Source: an uncultured Bacteroidales bacterium (GTDB lineage: Bacteria; Bacteroidota; Bacteroidia; Bacteroidales; UBA932). Taken from it: a stretch of 64,000 nucleotides of DNA. The stretch is taken from NCBI GenBank assembly GCA_900318565.1, contig ONLD01000002.1, forward strand, positions 1,861-65,860. Reading direction: 5' to 3'. Below, piece by piece: positions 42,052-51,359 of this stretch. The notes under the pieces are model-generated. The model ran no database searches. It was not told the DNA's origin and saw only the letters and a program-made list of their open reading frames with translations. Positions within the stretch are counted from its first letter, which is position 1. Each line of letters begins with the position of its first letter. A program made the position numbers and the translations under genes.

Positions 42052-42592
42052 AGTCTCACTGTTTCAGCTATTTGCCGTATTCGCAAAGATAGGCGCATTC
42101 ACCATAGGAGGGGGCTACGCGATGATTCCCATCATCCAGCGGGAGATGTCGCGCAGGGGCTGGATTCCGGACGACGAGCTGCCGGACATCGTGGCCCTGT
42201 CTCAAAGCGCACCGGGGGTTATGGCCGTCAACATTTCCATTTTCGCCGGCTACCGGCTGCGGGGAGTCCCCGGCAGCATCGCGGCGACCCTCGGCACCGT
42301 GATGCCCTCGTTCGTAATCATCCTTGCGATAGCGATGTTCTTCTCCGCCTTCAAGGACAATCCCTTCGTGGAACGGGCGTTCAAGGGCATACGCCCCGTA
42401 GTGATTTCGCTCATCGCCGTGCCTATGATAAATATGGCTCGAAAGTCCTGCACGACGTGGTGGAAGTGGCTCATAGCCATTGCCTCGCTCCTGCTGGTGG
42501 CGTTTCTGAACGTATCGCCGATTTATATCTTGCTTGTGGTCATCGTGCTGGGATTCAGCACCACTTATTTTTCGCAGCGATGGAAGAGTTAA
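42041..42592 (+). CDS. Chromate transporter (CHR) family protein, first half-size gene
   Basis: 183 aa. The FAKIGAFTIGGGYAMIPIIQ motif is typical of ChrA-family half proteins, and there are multiple TM segments. Confidence 0.85.
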   Translation: MKSKVSLFQLFAVFAKIGAFTIGGGYAMIPIIQREMSRRGWIPDDELPDIVALSQSAPGVMAVNISIFAGYRLRGVPGSIAATLGTVMPSFVIILAIAMFFSAFKDNPFVERAFKGIRPVVISLIAVPMINMARKSCTTWWKWLIAIASLLLVAFLNVSPIYILLVVIVLGFSTTYFSQRWKS

Positions 42593-43182
42593 GCCTGTTT
42601 CTGCAACTTGCCTGGACCTTCTTCCTGGTCGGGGCTTTCACTTTTGGCGGCGGCTACGCGATGCTGTCGCTGATTCAGGGGCAGGTCGTCGTCGCGCATC
42701 AGTGGATTTCCGAAAGCACATTCACGGATATCGTGGCCATCTCGCAGATGACGCCCGGGCCGATAGGCATCAACAGCGCCACCTACGTGGGCTACAGCGT
42801 GCTGTATGAAGCCACCGGGGTGCACCTGCTCGGCGTGCTGGGCTCCGCCGTCGCCACGCTCTCCCTCATCCTGCCTTCGTTCCTTGTGGTGCTCGCGCTC
42901 GTGAAGGTCTATACCAAATTCAGCCGCAGCACCCTCTTCGAGGGCACTATGGGCTGGCTGCGGCCGGCAGTCGTGGGACTCATTGGAGCCGCTGCGGTGA
43001 TTCTGGTGGTGCGCGTGGCCTGGGCAGGATGCGTGCCCTCGCTGTCCGTGGTGCGGGAAAACTTCACCGACTGGAAGAGCTGGGCGCTGCTCGGCGCCGC
43101 CTTCGCCGCCTCCTACTGGGGCAAAGTCAACCCGATTCTCGTGATTCTCTGCGGCGCGGTGCTCGGCCTGGTGCTGTATTAA
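42580..43182 (+). CDS. Chromate transporter (CHR) family protein, second half-size gene
   Basis: Start MEELSLFLQLAWTFFLVGAFTFGGGYAMLSLIQ at 42580, overlapping the upstream gene by 13 nt. The tracked ORF start at 42457 lies inside the upstream gene. Confidence 0.85.
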   Translation: MEELSLFLQLAWTFFLVGAFTFGGGYAMLSLIQGQVVVAHQWISESTFTDIVAISQMTPGPIGINSATYVGYSVLYEATGVHLLGVLGSAVATLSLILPSFLVVLALVKVYTKFSRSTLFEGTMGWLRPAVVGLIGAAAVILVVRVAWAGCVPSLSVVRENFTDWKSWALLGAAFAASYWGKVNPILVILCGAVLGLVLY

Positions 43183-43186
43183 GCGG

Positions 43187-43936
43187 TTATTCCAGCACAA
43201 GCTCGACCGGGCAGTGGTCGGAGCCGTAGATTTCATTGTGGATGACGGTCGATACGATGCGCCCGCGCAGGCTTTCGGACACCAGGAAATAGTCGATGCG
43301 CCACCCCACGTTCCTCTCGCGGGCGGCCATACGGTAGGACCACCAGGAGTATTTCGCCTCGCCGGGATGCTGGAAGCGCCAGCTGTCGGTGAATCCTGAA
43401 GCAAGGAGCTGCGTCATCTTTGCGCGCTCCTCGTCGGAAAAACCGGCGTTGAAGTGGTTGGTGTCGGGGTTCTTTAGGTCTATCTCCTCGTGGGCCACGT
43501 TCATATCGCCGCACACGACGACGCCTTTCCGGGCCGCCAGGCCGCAGAGGTAATCCCTGAACGCATCTTCCCATTCCATCCTGTAGCCAAGCCGCCTCAG
43601 GCCGTCCTGGGAGTTGGGCGTATAGACGTTGACAAGGAAGAAATCCGGCATCTCGAGGGTCACGACGCGCCCTTCGGTGTCGTGCTCGGGAATGCCGAGG
43701 CCCGTGCGTACGCTGAGCGGCTCGTGCTTGGTGTAGATGCACGTGCCGGAGTAGCCCTTCTTCTCGGCATAGTCCCAGAACGAACGGTATCCGGGGAATT
43801 CCAGGTCTATCTGCCCAGCCTGGAGTTTAGTCTCCTGCAGGCAGAAAAAGTCAGCGTCCAGTCCGGTGAAAATATCGGCAAATCCCTTGCCCGCCACGGC
43901 CCGAAGGCCGTTTACGTTCCAACTGATGAATTTCAT
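43187..43936 (-). CDS. xth: Exodeoxyribonuclease III
   Basis: 249 aa with blocks [32 protein letters not shown] and SDHCPV, typical of the Xth/APE1 EEP nuclease family. Confidence 0.92.
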   Translation of the reverse strand: MKFISWNVNGLRAVAGKGFADIFTGLDADFFCLQETKLQAGQIDLEFPGYRSFWDYAEKKGYSGTCIYTKHEPLSVRTGLGIPEHDTEGRVVTLEMPDFFLVNVYTPNSQDGLRRLGYRMEWEDAFRDYLCGLAARKGVVVCGDMNVAHEEIDLKNPDTNHFNAGFSDEERAKMTQLLASGFTDSWRFQHPGEAKYSWWSYRMAARERNVGWRIDYFLVSESLRGRIVSTVIHNEIYGSDHCPVELVLE

Positions 43937-43941
43937 ATTCG

Positions 43942-43949
43942 CAAATATA
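43942..43949 (-). promoter_or_regulatory. -7 box (TATATTTG on minus strand) for xth
   Basis: The reverse complement of CAAATATA matches TAnnTTTG. It lies 5 nt upstream of the xth ATG within a 39-bp divergent intergenic region. Confidence 0.4.
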
Positions 43950-43961
43950 GCGATTATTTTC

Positions 43962-43969
43962 TATCTTTG
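43962..43969 (+). promoter_or_regulatory. -7 box TATCTTTG for cysS
   Basis: Matches TAnnTTTG. It lies 6 nt upstream of the cysS ATG at 43976. Confidence 0.4.
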
Positions 43970-43975
43970 CGTGTT

Positions 43976-45505
43976 ATGAGACAACTGCGAATTACCAACA
44001 CGCTCACAAGGAGCAAGGAAATATTCAAGCCCATCAATCCCGGGCACGTCGGAATGTATGTATGCGGCCCGACCGTCTATGGCGACGCCCACCTCGGCCA
44101 CGCCCGTCCCGGCGTGACCTATGACGTGCTGAGCAAGCTGCTGCGGCACCTGGGCTACAAAGTACGCTACGTGCGCAACATAACCGATGTCGGCCATCTC
44201 GAGCACGACGCCGACGAAGGCGAGGACAAGATAGCGAAGAAAGCCCGGCTGGAGCAGCTGGAGCCTATGGAAGTGGTGCAGACCTACACCCTCCGCTACC
44301 ACGAGGCGATGCGCCTCCTCAACTGCGCCCCGCCTTCCATCGAGCCGCGCGCCAGCGGACATATCGTGGAGCAGATAGAGGCCGTCAAGAAGATTCTGGA
44401 GGCCGGCTACGCCTACGAGGCCGGCGGCAGCATCTACTTCGACGTGGAGAAGTACAACCGCGACCACCGCTACGGCATCCTCAGCGGACGCAGCCTGGAC
44501 AACACCCTGGAAGGCACCCGCAGCCTCGACGGGCAGGCGGAGAAGCGCGCTCCCTACGACTTCGCGCTTTGGAAAAAGGCTGAGCCCGAGCACATTATGC
44601 GCTGGCCGTCCCCCTGGGGCGAAGGCTTCCCGGGCTGGCACCTGGAGTGCTCCGTGATGGGAGAAAAGTACCTCGGAGCCGAATTCGACATCCACGGCGG
44701 CGGTATGGACCTGATGTTCCCGCACCACGAATGCGAAATAGCCCAGAACGTCGCCTGCCGGCACACCCAGGGCGTCCACTACTGGGTCCACAACAACCTG
44801 ATTACCATCGGCGGACAGAAGATGGGCAAGAGCCTCGGCAACTTCATCACCCTCCCGCAGCTCTTTTCCGGCGACCATCCCAAGCTCGAGCGCGCATACT
44901 CCCCTATGACCGTGCGCTTCTTCATACTCCAGGCGCACTACCGCGGCACCCTCGACTTCTCCAACGAAGCCCTGCTTGCCGCAGAGAAGGGCCTTGCACG
45001 CGTGCTTCAGGCAGCCCGTGACCTCTATGCAATGGCAGGCCGCAAGGCTCCCGAGTGGCCGTACGGCGAGGAAGCGTTCGGCGTGGCTCCCGACAGCTGC
45101 GCGGCCGAGTCCGACGCCGTGCGCGCCGTGTTCGAAGGCATCTACGACGCCCTGTGCGACGATATGAACACCCCGGTGGCCCTTGCGCACATCGCCGACG
45201 CCGTGCGTATCATCAACTCCGCGAAAGCCGGCCAGATCAAGCTCGGGAAGGGGGACATCGAGACCCTCTGCCAGCTGTTCGACGACATCGTGTTCGGAGT
45301 GCTGGGTCTCAAGGACGAGGAGACCGGCTCTGAAGGCGCCCGCAAGGTCATTGACGGCCTGATGGGTATGGTGCTCGAGCAGCGCGCCGCAGCCAAGGCC
45401 GCCAAGGACTGGGCCACCTCCGACCACATCCGCGACTCGCTCAAGGCCCTCGGCATCCAGGTCAAAGACACCAAGGACGGCGCCGAATGGACTCTGGAGA
45501 ACTAA
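43976..45505 (+). CDS. cysS: Cysteine--tRNA ligase
   Basis: Start [17 protein letters not shown] at 43976; the tracked ORF 43490-45505 is an in-frame read-through across xth antisense sequence. HIGH-type motif: [21 protein letters not shown]-type motif: KMGKSLGN. About 509 aa. Confidence 0.95.
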   Translation: MRQLRITNTLTRSKEIFKPINPGHVGMYVCGPTVYGDAHLGHARPGVTYDVLSKLLRHLGYKVRYVRNITDVGHLEHDADEGEDKIAKKARLEQLEPMEVVQTYTLRYHEAMRLLNCAPPSIEPRASGHIVEQIEAVKKILEAGYAYEAGGSIYFDVEKYNRDHRYGILSGRSLDNTLEGTRSLDGQAEKRAPYDFALWKKAEPEHIMRWPSPWGEGFPGWHLECSVMGEKYLGAEFDIHGGGMDLMFPHHECEIAQNVACRHTQGVHYWVHNNLITIGGQKMGKSLGNFITLPQLFSGDHPKLERAYSPMTVRFFILQAHYRGTLDFSNEALLAAEKGLARVLQAARDLYAMAGRKAPEWPYGEEAFGVAPDSCAAESDAVRAVFEGIYDALCDDMNTPVALAHIADAVRIINSAKAGQIKLGKGDIETLCQLFDDIVFGVLGLKDEETGSEGARKVIDGLMGMVLEQRAAAKAAKDWATSDHIRDSLKALGIQVKDTKDGAEWTLEN

Positions 45506-45506
45506 A

Positions 45507-46481
45507 ATGAAAAAGAATATAATCAAATATACCGTATCGTTCCTGCTTGCAGGAGTGCTGGTCTATTTCGCTTTCAAGGGAGTGGACTGGGGCGCCTTCT
45601 GGGAAGGCCTCAAGCAGACGCGCTGGGGCTATGTCGCCCTTTTCGTAGCGTTTTCGACTATGGCCCTCGTGCTGAGGGAGGAACGGTGGACGGCCCTCAT
45701 ACGCCCCTTCGACCCTGCGGTGCGCCGTATGGACGTGTGGGATTCGGTCAACGTCGGCAACCTCGTCAACGTGGTGCTGCCCGGCGCGGGCGAGTTCGTA
45801 CGCTGCGGCTACGTGTCCCGCCGCGGCATCAGCTATGACAAGGCTTTAGGCACCATCGTGTGCGAAAGGACCTGCGACCTCGTGGCCATAGCGCTGCTCT
45901 TCGCGGGGGCGCTCATAGGCAGCCGCGACAAGTTCGGCAGCTTCTTCGTGGAGCAGATATGGGCTCCGGCAGCCGGCGGGCTCAATTTCTCCCTCTGGTG
46001 GATAATCGCCGGGGTGGTAATTCTGGTCGGCGGCGGGCTCTGGGCCGTATTCCACTGGAGCGGCTCCAACAAGGTCTGCGGCAAGATAGCAGGCTGGATA
46101 CGGGGGCTCGGCGCGGGCTTTGCGAGCATCGCCAAGATGGATAAGAAGTGGCCCTTCATCCTGCACACGATAGGCATCTGGACGATGTACGTGCTTATGA
46201 GCTGGGCCGGTTTCAAGGCCGTGCCGATGCTGGATTCGCTCAATATCGTGGATGCGCTCTTCATCTCCGCCGTCGGCAACATCGCCTCCGTGATACCTGT
46301 GCCCGGCGGCATAGGCGCCTACCACTATCTGGTGGCCCTGTCGCTGCAGAGCATCTACGCCGCGAGCTGGGACACTGGCATACTGTACGCCACGCTCTGC
46401 CACGAGACGCACGCCATCTTGATTCTGGTGCTGGGTATTATCTCCTACGCAGGCATCACGCTCCGGAAGAAGCGCAGCTAA
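45507..46481 (+). CDS. Lysylphosphatidylglycerol-synthase-TM-like (UPF0104 family) membrane protein
   Basis: 324 aa with about 8 TM segments. The conserved tail SVIPVPGGIGAYHYL is typical of UPF0104/LPG_synthase_TM proteins. Confidence 0.7.
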   Translation: MKKNIIKYTVSFLLAGVLVYFAFKGVDWGAFWEGLKQTRWGYVALFVAFSTMALVLREERWTALIRPFDPAVRRMDVWDSVNVGNLVNVVLPGAGEFVRCGYVSRRGISYDKALGTIVCERTCDLVAIALLFAGALIGSRDKFGSFFVEQIWAPAAGGLNFSLWWIIAGVVILVGGGLWAVFHWSGSNKVCGKIAGWIRGLGAGFASIAKMDKKWPFILHTIGIWTMYVLMSWAGFKAVPMLDSLNIVDALFISAVGNIASVIPVPGGIGAYHYLVALSLQSIYAASWDTGILYATLCHETHAILILVLGIISYAGITLRKKRS

Positions 46482-47728
46482 TCGCCGCAGCGGGACAAAA
46501 TGTGCGCCCGAAGGTCCGTCCAGAGGTAGAACGGCCCCTTGCCCAGGGCCGGCACGTCCGCATCCCGTTCGTTCTGCAGCACCCGCACCAGCACGTCCCC
46601 GCCGGCATTGCGGTAGAATATCAGCTGCAGGTTGGAGCCCATACACATACGCTTGAAGTTCTGCCAGCGGTCGGTCTGCGAAGCAGAGAGGCGCTCGTCA
46701 AAGCCCTCGACGCCTATCAGGCACTCCAGGGCGGTCAGGGCGCTGTCGTGGCCGAAACGGAGATCTGCCGCACGGGCTTTTTTGCCGGCGGCTACAGCCT
46801 TGTCGGCCTTCGAGACGATATCTTCCGCGAGCGGCCGGGACGCGGGAATGCGAAGGTCGCCGTACTCGATGCTGTTGCCGTGGTACAGATACTGCTGCTT
46901 ATTCTTCAGCGACCACAGCTTGCATCCCTCTTCATAAGGAATAAACGACAGGAGGCCGGCGCTGAACGGGATGCACTGGTCTATCGCCACGCAGTCGTAG
47001 AGGGCACGCTCGAAGCGCACCGGGTGGCGGAGCAGCGCCATTGCCGCCTTGCTGTCAGTAACCAGCGGAGCAATCACGTCCAGCGGGCGCAGAGTCGCGT
47101 TCTGCAGCGAATCCAGAAGATCGCGGACGGCCTGCTTGTGGGGCATTTTGCCGTGGTTGCTGATATATGCCATATTCTCCTGGGAGGCGTCGGTGCTTAA
47201 ATCCAGGGAGGATTCATAGCGGAGCAACGACCCGAGGAAGGCGGTCATACTCGCCTTGCAGCGACGGGAAGTGCTGCTGACGGCGCGGACCGAGGCGCCG
47301 GGACCGAAGACCTCAGGGAAGCGGGTGTACATACGGGCGGCTATGCCTTCGTGCTCCTGCACGCCCTTCGGCGCCAGGCGCCCCAGCCGGGGCTCCATCT
47401 GCGACCAGCAGAAGGAAAGAGACGACAGGAGCTCATCCCCCCACTCATTCAGAAGGCCCGCATCCCGCAGCTGCTTAAGGTGAGAAATCACGTACTCGTG
47501 GGAGCTGTCAAAAGTTATGTAGCGCGAGCCGTGGCGCCCGTAATGAGACACATAAAAGGGCTCGAAACCCTCCGGCGCTGCCGCCAAAGGCTCCGTCGGA
47601 GCTTCATAACAATGATAATTCGCCCCCATTCTGCTGTAATCAGCCCGCAGGAGGGAATCAACATTCTGCGAATACAAGCTAAGGGCCGCCGCCGTCAATC
47701 CGGCAAGGACAAGCAAGAGTTTTCTCAT
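46478..47728 (-). CDS. Histidine acid phosphatase (branch 2; MINPP/phytase-like), secreted
   Basis: 416 aa with a signal peptide. The catalytic RHGxRxP-type motif appears as YGRHGSRYI, and there is a downstream HD (FGHDSAL). Confidence 0.8.
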   Translation of the reverse strand: MRKLLLVLAGLTAAALSLYSQNVDSLLRADYSRMGANYHCYEAPTEPLAAAPEGFEPFYVSHYGRHGSRYITFDSSHEYVISHLKQLRDAGLLNEWGDELLSSLSFCWSQMEPRLGRLAPKGVQEHEGIAARMYTRFPEVFGPGASVRAVSSTSRRCKASMTAFLGSLLRYESSLDLSTDASQENMAYISNHGKMPHKQAVRDLLDSLQNATLRPLDVIAPLVTDSKAAMALLRHPVRFERALYDCVAIDQCIPFSAGLLSFIPYEEGCKLWSLKNKQQYLYHGNSIEYGDLRIPASRPLAEDIVSKADKAVAAGKKARAADLRFGHDSALTALECLIGVEGFDERLSASQTDRWQNFKRMCMGSNLQLIFYRNAGGDVLVRVLQNERDADVPALGKGPFYLWTDLRAHILSRCGD

Positions 47729-47799
47729 AACTGCAAACCTTAGATTTGCAGCGTAGTTCTCTGCAATCAGGTTTGTATGGCAATAATAGTAAATTTATG

Positions 47800-49140
47800 C
47801 CGATAAAGAAAGTTTAACAAAGGACAATGGAGCCGGGCGGTTCTCAATTTTCTGCAATGGGTAAGACCCGCGTATATTTTTTGCCCCGCCCGGCCCGTTG
47901 ATCCAGGACCTGAATAAGAATATCCTTAGTAGCAATAAGGTTTGTAGGTGAAGGATCGACGGCCCACTGTCCGCTAAAAAAAGCAGTGCAAGTTATGAAA
48001 AAAATCTATGTCGGCATCGACATCAGCAAAGAAAAGTGTAATCTTTGCTTCCGCAGTGGTCTTGAGATTGTCCGTGAGGAGGAGTGCTCTAATGACGTAA
48101 AGGCCCTCAAGAAGGCCTTTAAAGCCGTGTTAAAGGCGCTTGGTGCGTCCTTGGAGGAAGTCCTTGTCTGCGCCGAGTACACAGGCAGATACATTTACCC
48201 TCTGACCGTGGCCTGCCAGGAACTGGACATCTTCCTATGGATGGATGATCCCACCCGCATCAAGAACTCAATGGGACTTACCCGTGGAAAGAATGACGCC
48301 ATTGACGCCGCCAGAATCGCAGAATATGCCTTCCGGTATAGCGACAAAGCCGTCCGCTATTCCATTCCTGATGCGGCACTGGCCTCAATGAAGAACCTCC
48401 TCGCAGACCGCGAGTTCCTCCTTATCGACCGAAAAAGGTATCAGTCTCAACTCACCGACCAGAAGAAGTATATGGCTCCTGGCGACTTCAAACATAAGAA
48501 CAGCCGATGGAAGAAGGTCATCAAGTCCATTGACGAGCAGATTGCAGCTATTGATGCCGAGATTGATGCTCTCATTTCTGCCGATCCGGTATTGGTCCGC
48601 CAGAAGGAACTGCTTGTGAGTATTGACGGCATTGGCCCCCGCATTGCAATCAACATGATTGCCATAACCGGTGGCTTCACACGCTTCCAGAACGCACGGC
48701 AGTTCTGCAGCTTCGCCGGACTCACGCCGTACAAGTACGACTCCGGGACCTCAGTCCGCTCAAAGGCCAAGATATCCAAGCGCGCTAATCAGACTATGAA
48801 AGCACTGCTGCATATGAGCGCAGTAAACGTGGCCACGCGCATGAAATCTGGAGAATATAAGGACTACTATGAACGTAAACTCAAAGAAGGGAAACATGTC
48901 ATGTGTATCCTAAATGTGCTTCGGGCAAAGCTCGTTCACAGAATGTTCTCAGTCATCAGACGGGACACCGAATACTCAAAGAAATACAAAACAGTATGTT
49001 AATCCACTATGTATGAAATACTTCCCAGGGGTAGCCGCGCGGCCAGGGGCGGGACGCCCCTATGAGCGCAATAAATATCCACAAACTACACCGCTAAATC
49101 GAAGTGATGAACTATATCCTAACTTCTTTCCAAATCATTT
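47800..49140 (+). mobile_element. IS110-family insertion sequence (boundaries approximate)
   Basis: Contains a DEDD-type IS110 transposase gene with about 190 bp of 5' and about 140 bp of 3' non-coding sequence, and is lower in GC than its flanks. IS110 elements lack classical terminal inverted repeats, so the ends cannot be fixed by eye. Confidence 0.55.
47995..49002 (+). CDS. IS110-family transposase (DEDD recombinase)
   Basis: MKKIYVGIDISKEK (first Asp), VCAEYTGRY (Glu), NDAIDAARIAEYA (Asp-Asp region), and a C-terminal Transposase_20-type block LVSIDGIGPRIAINMI...FAGLTPYKYDSGTS. Confidence 0.9.
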   Translation: MKKIYVGIDISKEKCNLCFRSGLEIVREEECSNDVKALKKAFKAVLKALGASLEEVLVCAEYTGRYIYPLTVACQELDIFLWMDDPTRIKNSMGLTRGKNDAIDAARIAEYAFRYSDKAVRYSIPDAALASMKNLLADREFLLIDRKRYQSQLTDQKKYMAPGDFKHKNSRWKKVIKSIDEQIAAIDAEIDALISADPVLVRQKELLVSIDGIGPRIAINMIAITGGFTRFQNARQFCSFAGLTPYKYDSGTSVRSKAKISKRANQTMKALLHMSAVNVATRMKSGEYKDYYERKLKEGKHVMCILNVLRAKLVHRMFSVIRRDTEYSKKYKTVC

Positions 49141-49175
49141 GGAAAATCCATAAGAATATATACTCAAAAAATTAC

Positions 49176-49183
49176 TATCTTTG
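49176..49183 (+). promoter_or_regulatory. -7 box TATCTTTG upstream of tRNA-Arg
   Basis: Matches TAnnTTTG. It ends 11 nt before the first tRNA base. Confidence 0.5.
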
Positions 49184-49194
49184 CAGTCCGCTTT

Positions 49195-49268
49195 GGTTCC
49201 GTAGCTCAGTTGGATAGAGCAACAGCCTTCTAAGCTGTGGGTCTTGGGTTCGAGTCCCAACGGAATCA
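49195..49268 (+). tRNA. tRNA-Arg (anticodon UCU)
   Basis: 74-nt cloverleaf folded by hand. Acceptor GGTTCCG/CGGAATC (one G-U pair); D-arm GCTC-AGTTGGATA-GAGC; anticodon arm ACAGC-CTTCTAA-GCTGT (anticodon TCT); T-arm TTGGG-TTCGAGT-CCCAA; discriminator A. No encoded CCA. Confidence 0.93.
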
Positions 49269-49292
49269 CTTCCAGGGCATCAACACCGTCCG

Positions 49293-49316
49293 CGCCCGGC
49301 TTCGGCCGGGCGTTTT
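49293..49316 (+). terminator. Rho-independent terminator after the tRNA
   Basis: CGCCCGGC-TTCG-GCCGGGCG is a perfect 8-bp GC-rich stem with a tetraloop, followed by TTTT. Confidence 0.75.
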
Positions 49317-49387
49317 AAAATAGTACGCTTCATATTTGCACTCAATAGTGCAAGATTAAGGCATAATGTGTGTTTAACTAATAAAAA

Positions 49388-50614
49388 ATGCATAAAACCA
49401 TTATTCTGTTAGCGGCGTCCGCGCTGCTCCTTACAAGTTGCGACTTGTCGAGTCTCGGGATTGACACCAATCCCCGTAAGGATATGGTGCTCAGCACAAA
49501 AGCCGCCGAATACATTGAGAGCGGGAATGATTTTTCTCTCAATTTCCTGGAGAAAACCATAGAGAGTTCGGAAAAGAGCTTCGTCATTTCTCCCCTCAGC
49601 CTGCAGTTCCTCCTCGGAATGATTCTCGACGGCGCGCAAGGCAGGACGGCCGACGAGATCTGCGAAGTCCTCGGCTACGGAGCTGGCGAGGTCAATTCCG
49701 TCAACGAATATTGCCGGTCTATGCTCACCCAACTCCCGAAACTCGACAGCAAGACAACTCTAAAAATAGCCAATGCCATCCTGGTCGACAAGCAGGGAGA
49801 ACTGCTGAGCGGCTATAAGACAGCCGTCGCGAACTACTATGAGGCGTATGTCGAGAGTGTCGATTTCAGCAACGGCCCGGCCGCGGTCAGCAAAGTCAAC
49901 TCTTGGTGTAACCGCAACACCAACGGCCTGATAACCAAGATTATAGACAGAATCCCCGCCGACACCTACGCCATCTTGATGAATGCCCTGTACTTCAAGA
50001 GCAAGTGGTCCAGCCCCTTCAAGAAATCCGCCACGGCAGAAGAGTATTTCACCAATGAGGCCGGAGTCAAGTCCAAACTGATGATGATGAAACAGGAGAA
50101 GTCTTTTGCATACACCTGGAACGACGTATGCCACGCCGTCAGGCTGCCCTACGGCAACGGCGCCTTCTCGATGACGGTCGTCCTGCCCTGCGGCAAATAT
50201 ACCGTCACCGATGCTGCGGCTTACCTGAAGAAGGCGGGCTGGTATGCCTTCTCGCATTCGATGTCATCCCACCGTGTCGATCTCTGGCTGCCCCGGTTCG
50301 AGACACAGTACGAAGCCGAGCTCAACGATATGCTCGGAAAGCTCGGTATGCCCACAGCATTCACCCCGGCTGCCGACTTCAGTGCTATGACTAAGCAGCC
50401 CGTCCACATCGACTTCATCAAGCAGAAGGCCATCATCAAGGTCGATGAAGAAGGTTCCGAAGCGGCGGCGGTTTCAATCGGAGGGATGAAAAAAACCGAT
50501 GCTGGCCCCGGTCCTGGCGACCTCGTAGTGTTCCACGCCGACCGTCCGTTCCTCTACTTCATCACGGAGAACAGCTCCGGAGCCATTCTTTTCTCGGGCC
50601 GCTTCAACGGATAA
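49388..50614 (+). CDS. Serpin-family protease inhibitor, lipoprotein
   Basis: 408 aa with lipobox LLLTSCD. Serpin blocks: FVISPLSLQFLLGMILDGAQGRT, NALYFKSKW, hinge/RCL EEGSEAAAVSIGGMKKTDAG, and C-terminal FHADRPFLYFI. Confidence 0.9.
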   Translation: MHKTIILLAASALLLTSCDLSSLGIDTNPRKDMVLSTKAAEYIESGNDFSLNFLEKTIESSEKSFVISPLSLQFLLGMILDGAQGRTADEICEVLGYGAGEVNSVNEYCRSMLTQLPKLDSKTTLKIANAILVDKQGELLSGYKTAVANYYEAYVESVDFSNGPAAVSKVNSWCNRNTNGLITKIIDRIPADTYAILMNALYFKSKWSSPFKKSATAEEYFTNEAGVKSKLMMMKQEKSFAYTWNDVCHAVRLPYGNGAFSMTVVLPCGKYTVTDAAAYLKKAGWYAFSHSMSSHRVDLWLPRFETQYEAELNDMLGKLGMPTAFTPAADFSAMTKQPVHIDFIKQKAIIKVDEEGSEAAAVSIGGMKKTDAGPGPGDLVVFHADRPFLYFITENSSGAILFSGRFNG

Positions 50615-50621
50615 CAAATAC

Positions 50622-50972
50622 TCAACTGGTCATTTTTGAGGCGGCCGCCCCCACCGGGACCGTCACCGCTTTCCCCTGTTTCTGCATAGCCTCAATAGCC
50701 TCGCGGAACGATTTTGACAGGATTTTTGTCTGCTCGTCAAGCATCTTTATCATCTCCCTCCTGTTGACGGAGATGGCAAGGTCGGCGGCGATAAGGGCCC
50801 TGATGACGGCAAAAATGTTGATTTCATTATGCCCGAGCAGGGTTGAGGACATAGAGAACATAAGCTTGGGCAGCAGATCCAATACCAACTGAGGGTTGCG
50901 GGCGACATCCAGATCCGTTTTGAACCTGATATCCTGGTCCGCGTATTCAACTACTTTGATAATCTTTTTCAT
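50622..50972 (-). CDS. Hypothetical protein (116 aa)
   Basis: ORF lying 6 nt downstream of the preceding minus-strand ORF (50979-51359), consistent with an operon. No family recognised. Confidence 0.55.
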   Translation of the reverse strand: MKKIIKVVEYADQDIRFKTDLDVARNPQLVLDLLPKLMFSMSSTLLGHNEINIFAVIRALIAADLAISVNRREMIKMLDEQTKILSKSFREAIEAMQKQGKAVTVPVGAAASKMTS

Positions 50973-50978
50973 AGCGTT

Positions 50979-51359
50979 TTAGTTATTAAACAGTTTGACT
51001 CTTAAAAGGACGAGACGCGAAACGACGACGCCGACCGAGCGGCCGAACTCAGTGGCGATTTCTTCAAACGGGACGTCATCGTTGTACAACTGTATCAGCC
51101 TTGCTTCGTCATCAGGGCTCCAGGGCTTGGGCTGCGGCCTGGGCGTGTAAAGCCCTAGCGAGCGCATTTTCATCTTGACTGAATTCGGCGTGCGCTGCAG
51201 TTGGGTCGCAATGTCTCCCAGCGGGACGCCGTCCGCCGCCATAGATTCAAGTTCTTCTACTTCAGATGATTGCCAAGGCTCATTGAATTTTGAATACCGG
51301 CTTTTGATCTTGTTGTACTCTTCCATTGGAAGAAAGCACGTTGTCCTGTTAGGTGTCAT
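50979..51359 (-). CDS. Hypothetical protein with two SANT/Myb-like or sigma-region-4-like helix-turn-helix repeats
   Basis: 126 aa with an internal repeat: WQSSEVEELESMAADGVPLGDIATQLQRTPNSVKMKM versus WSPDDEARLIQLYNDDVPFEEIATEFGRSVGVVVSRL. Confidence 0.55.
   Translation of the reverse strand: MTPNRTTCFLPMEEYNKIKSRYSKFNEPWQSSEVEELESMAADGVPLGDIATQLQRTPNSVKMKMRSLGLYTPRPQPKPWSPDDEARLIQLYNDDVPFEEIATEFGRSVGVVVSRLVLLRVKLFNN

Noticed and set aside
42041-43182. Split chromate transporter as a possible frameshifted pseudogene.
   Set aside because: Each half has its own start and the GGGYAM(I/L) motif, and they overlap by 13 nt in the manner of coupled genes. Two-gene half-size ChrA pairs are a common normal arrangement.
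43490-43975. N-terminal extension of the cysS ORF (the tracked ORF starts at 43490).
   Set aside because: The extension is antisense to xth and has no CysRS similarity. Homology to CysRS begins at [10 protein letters not shown] (43976), which is directly preceded by a -7 promoter box.
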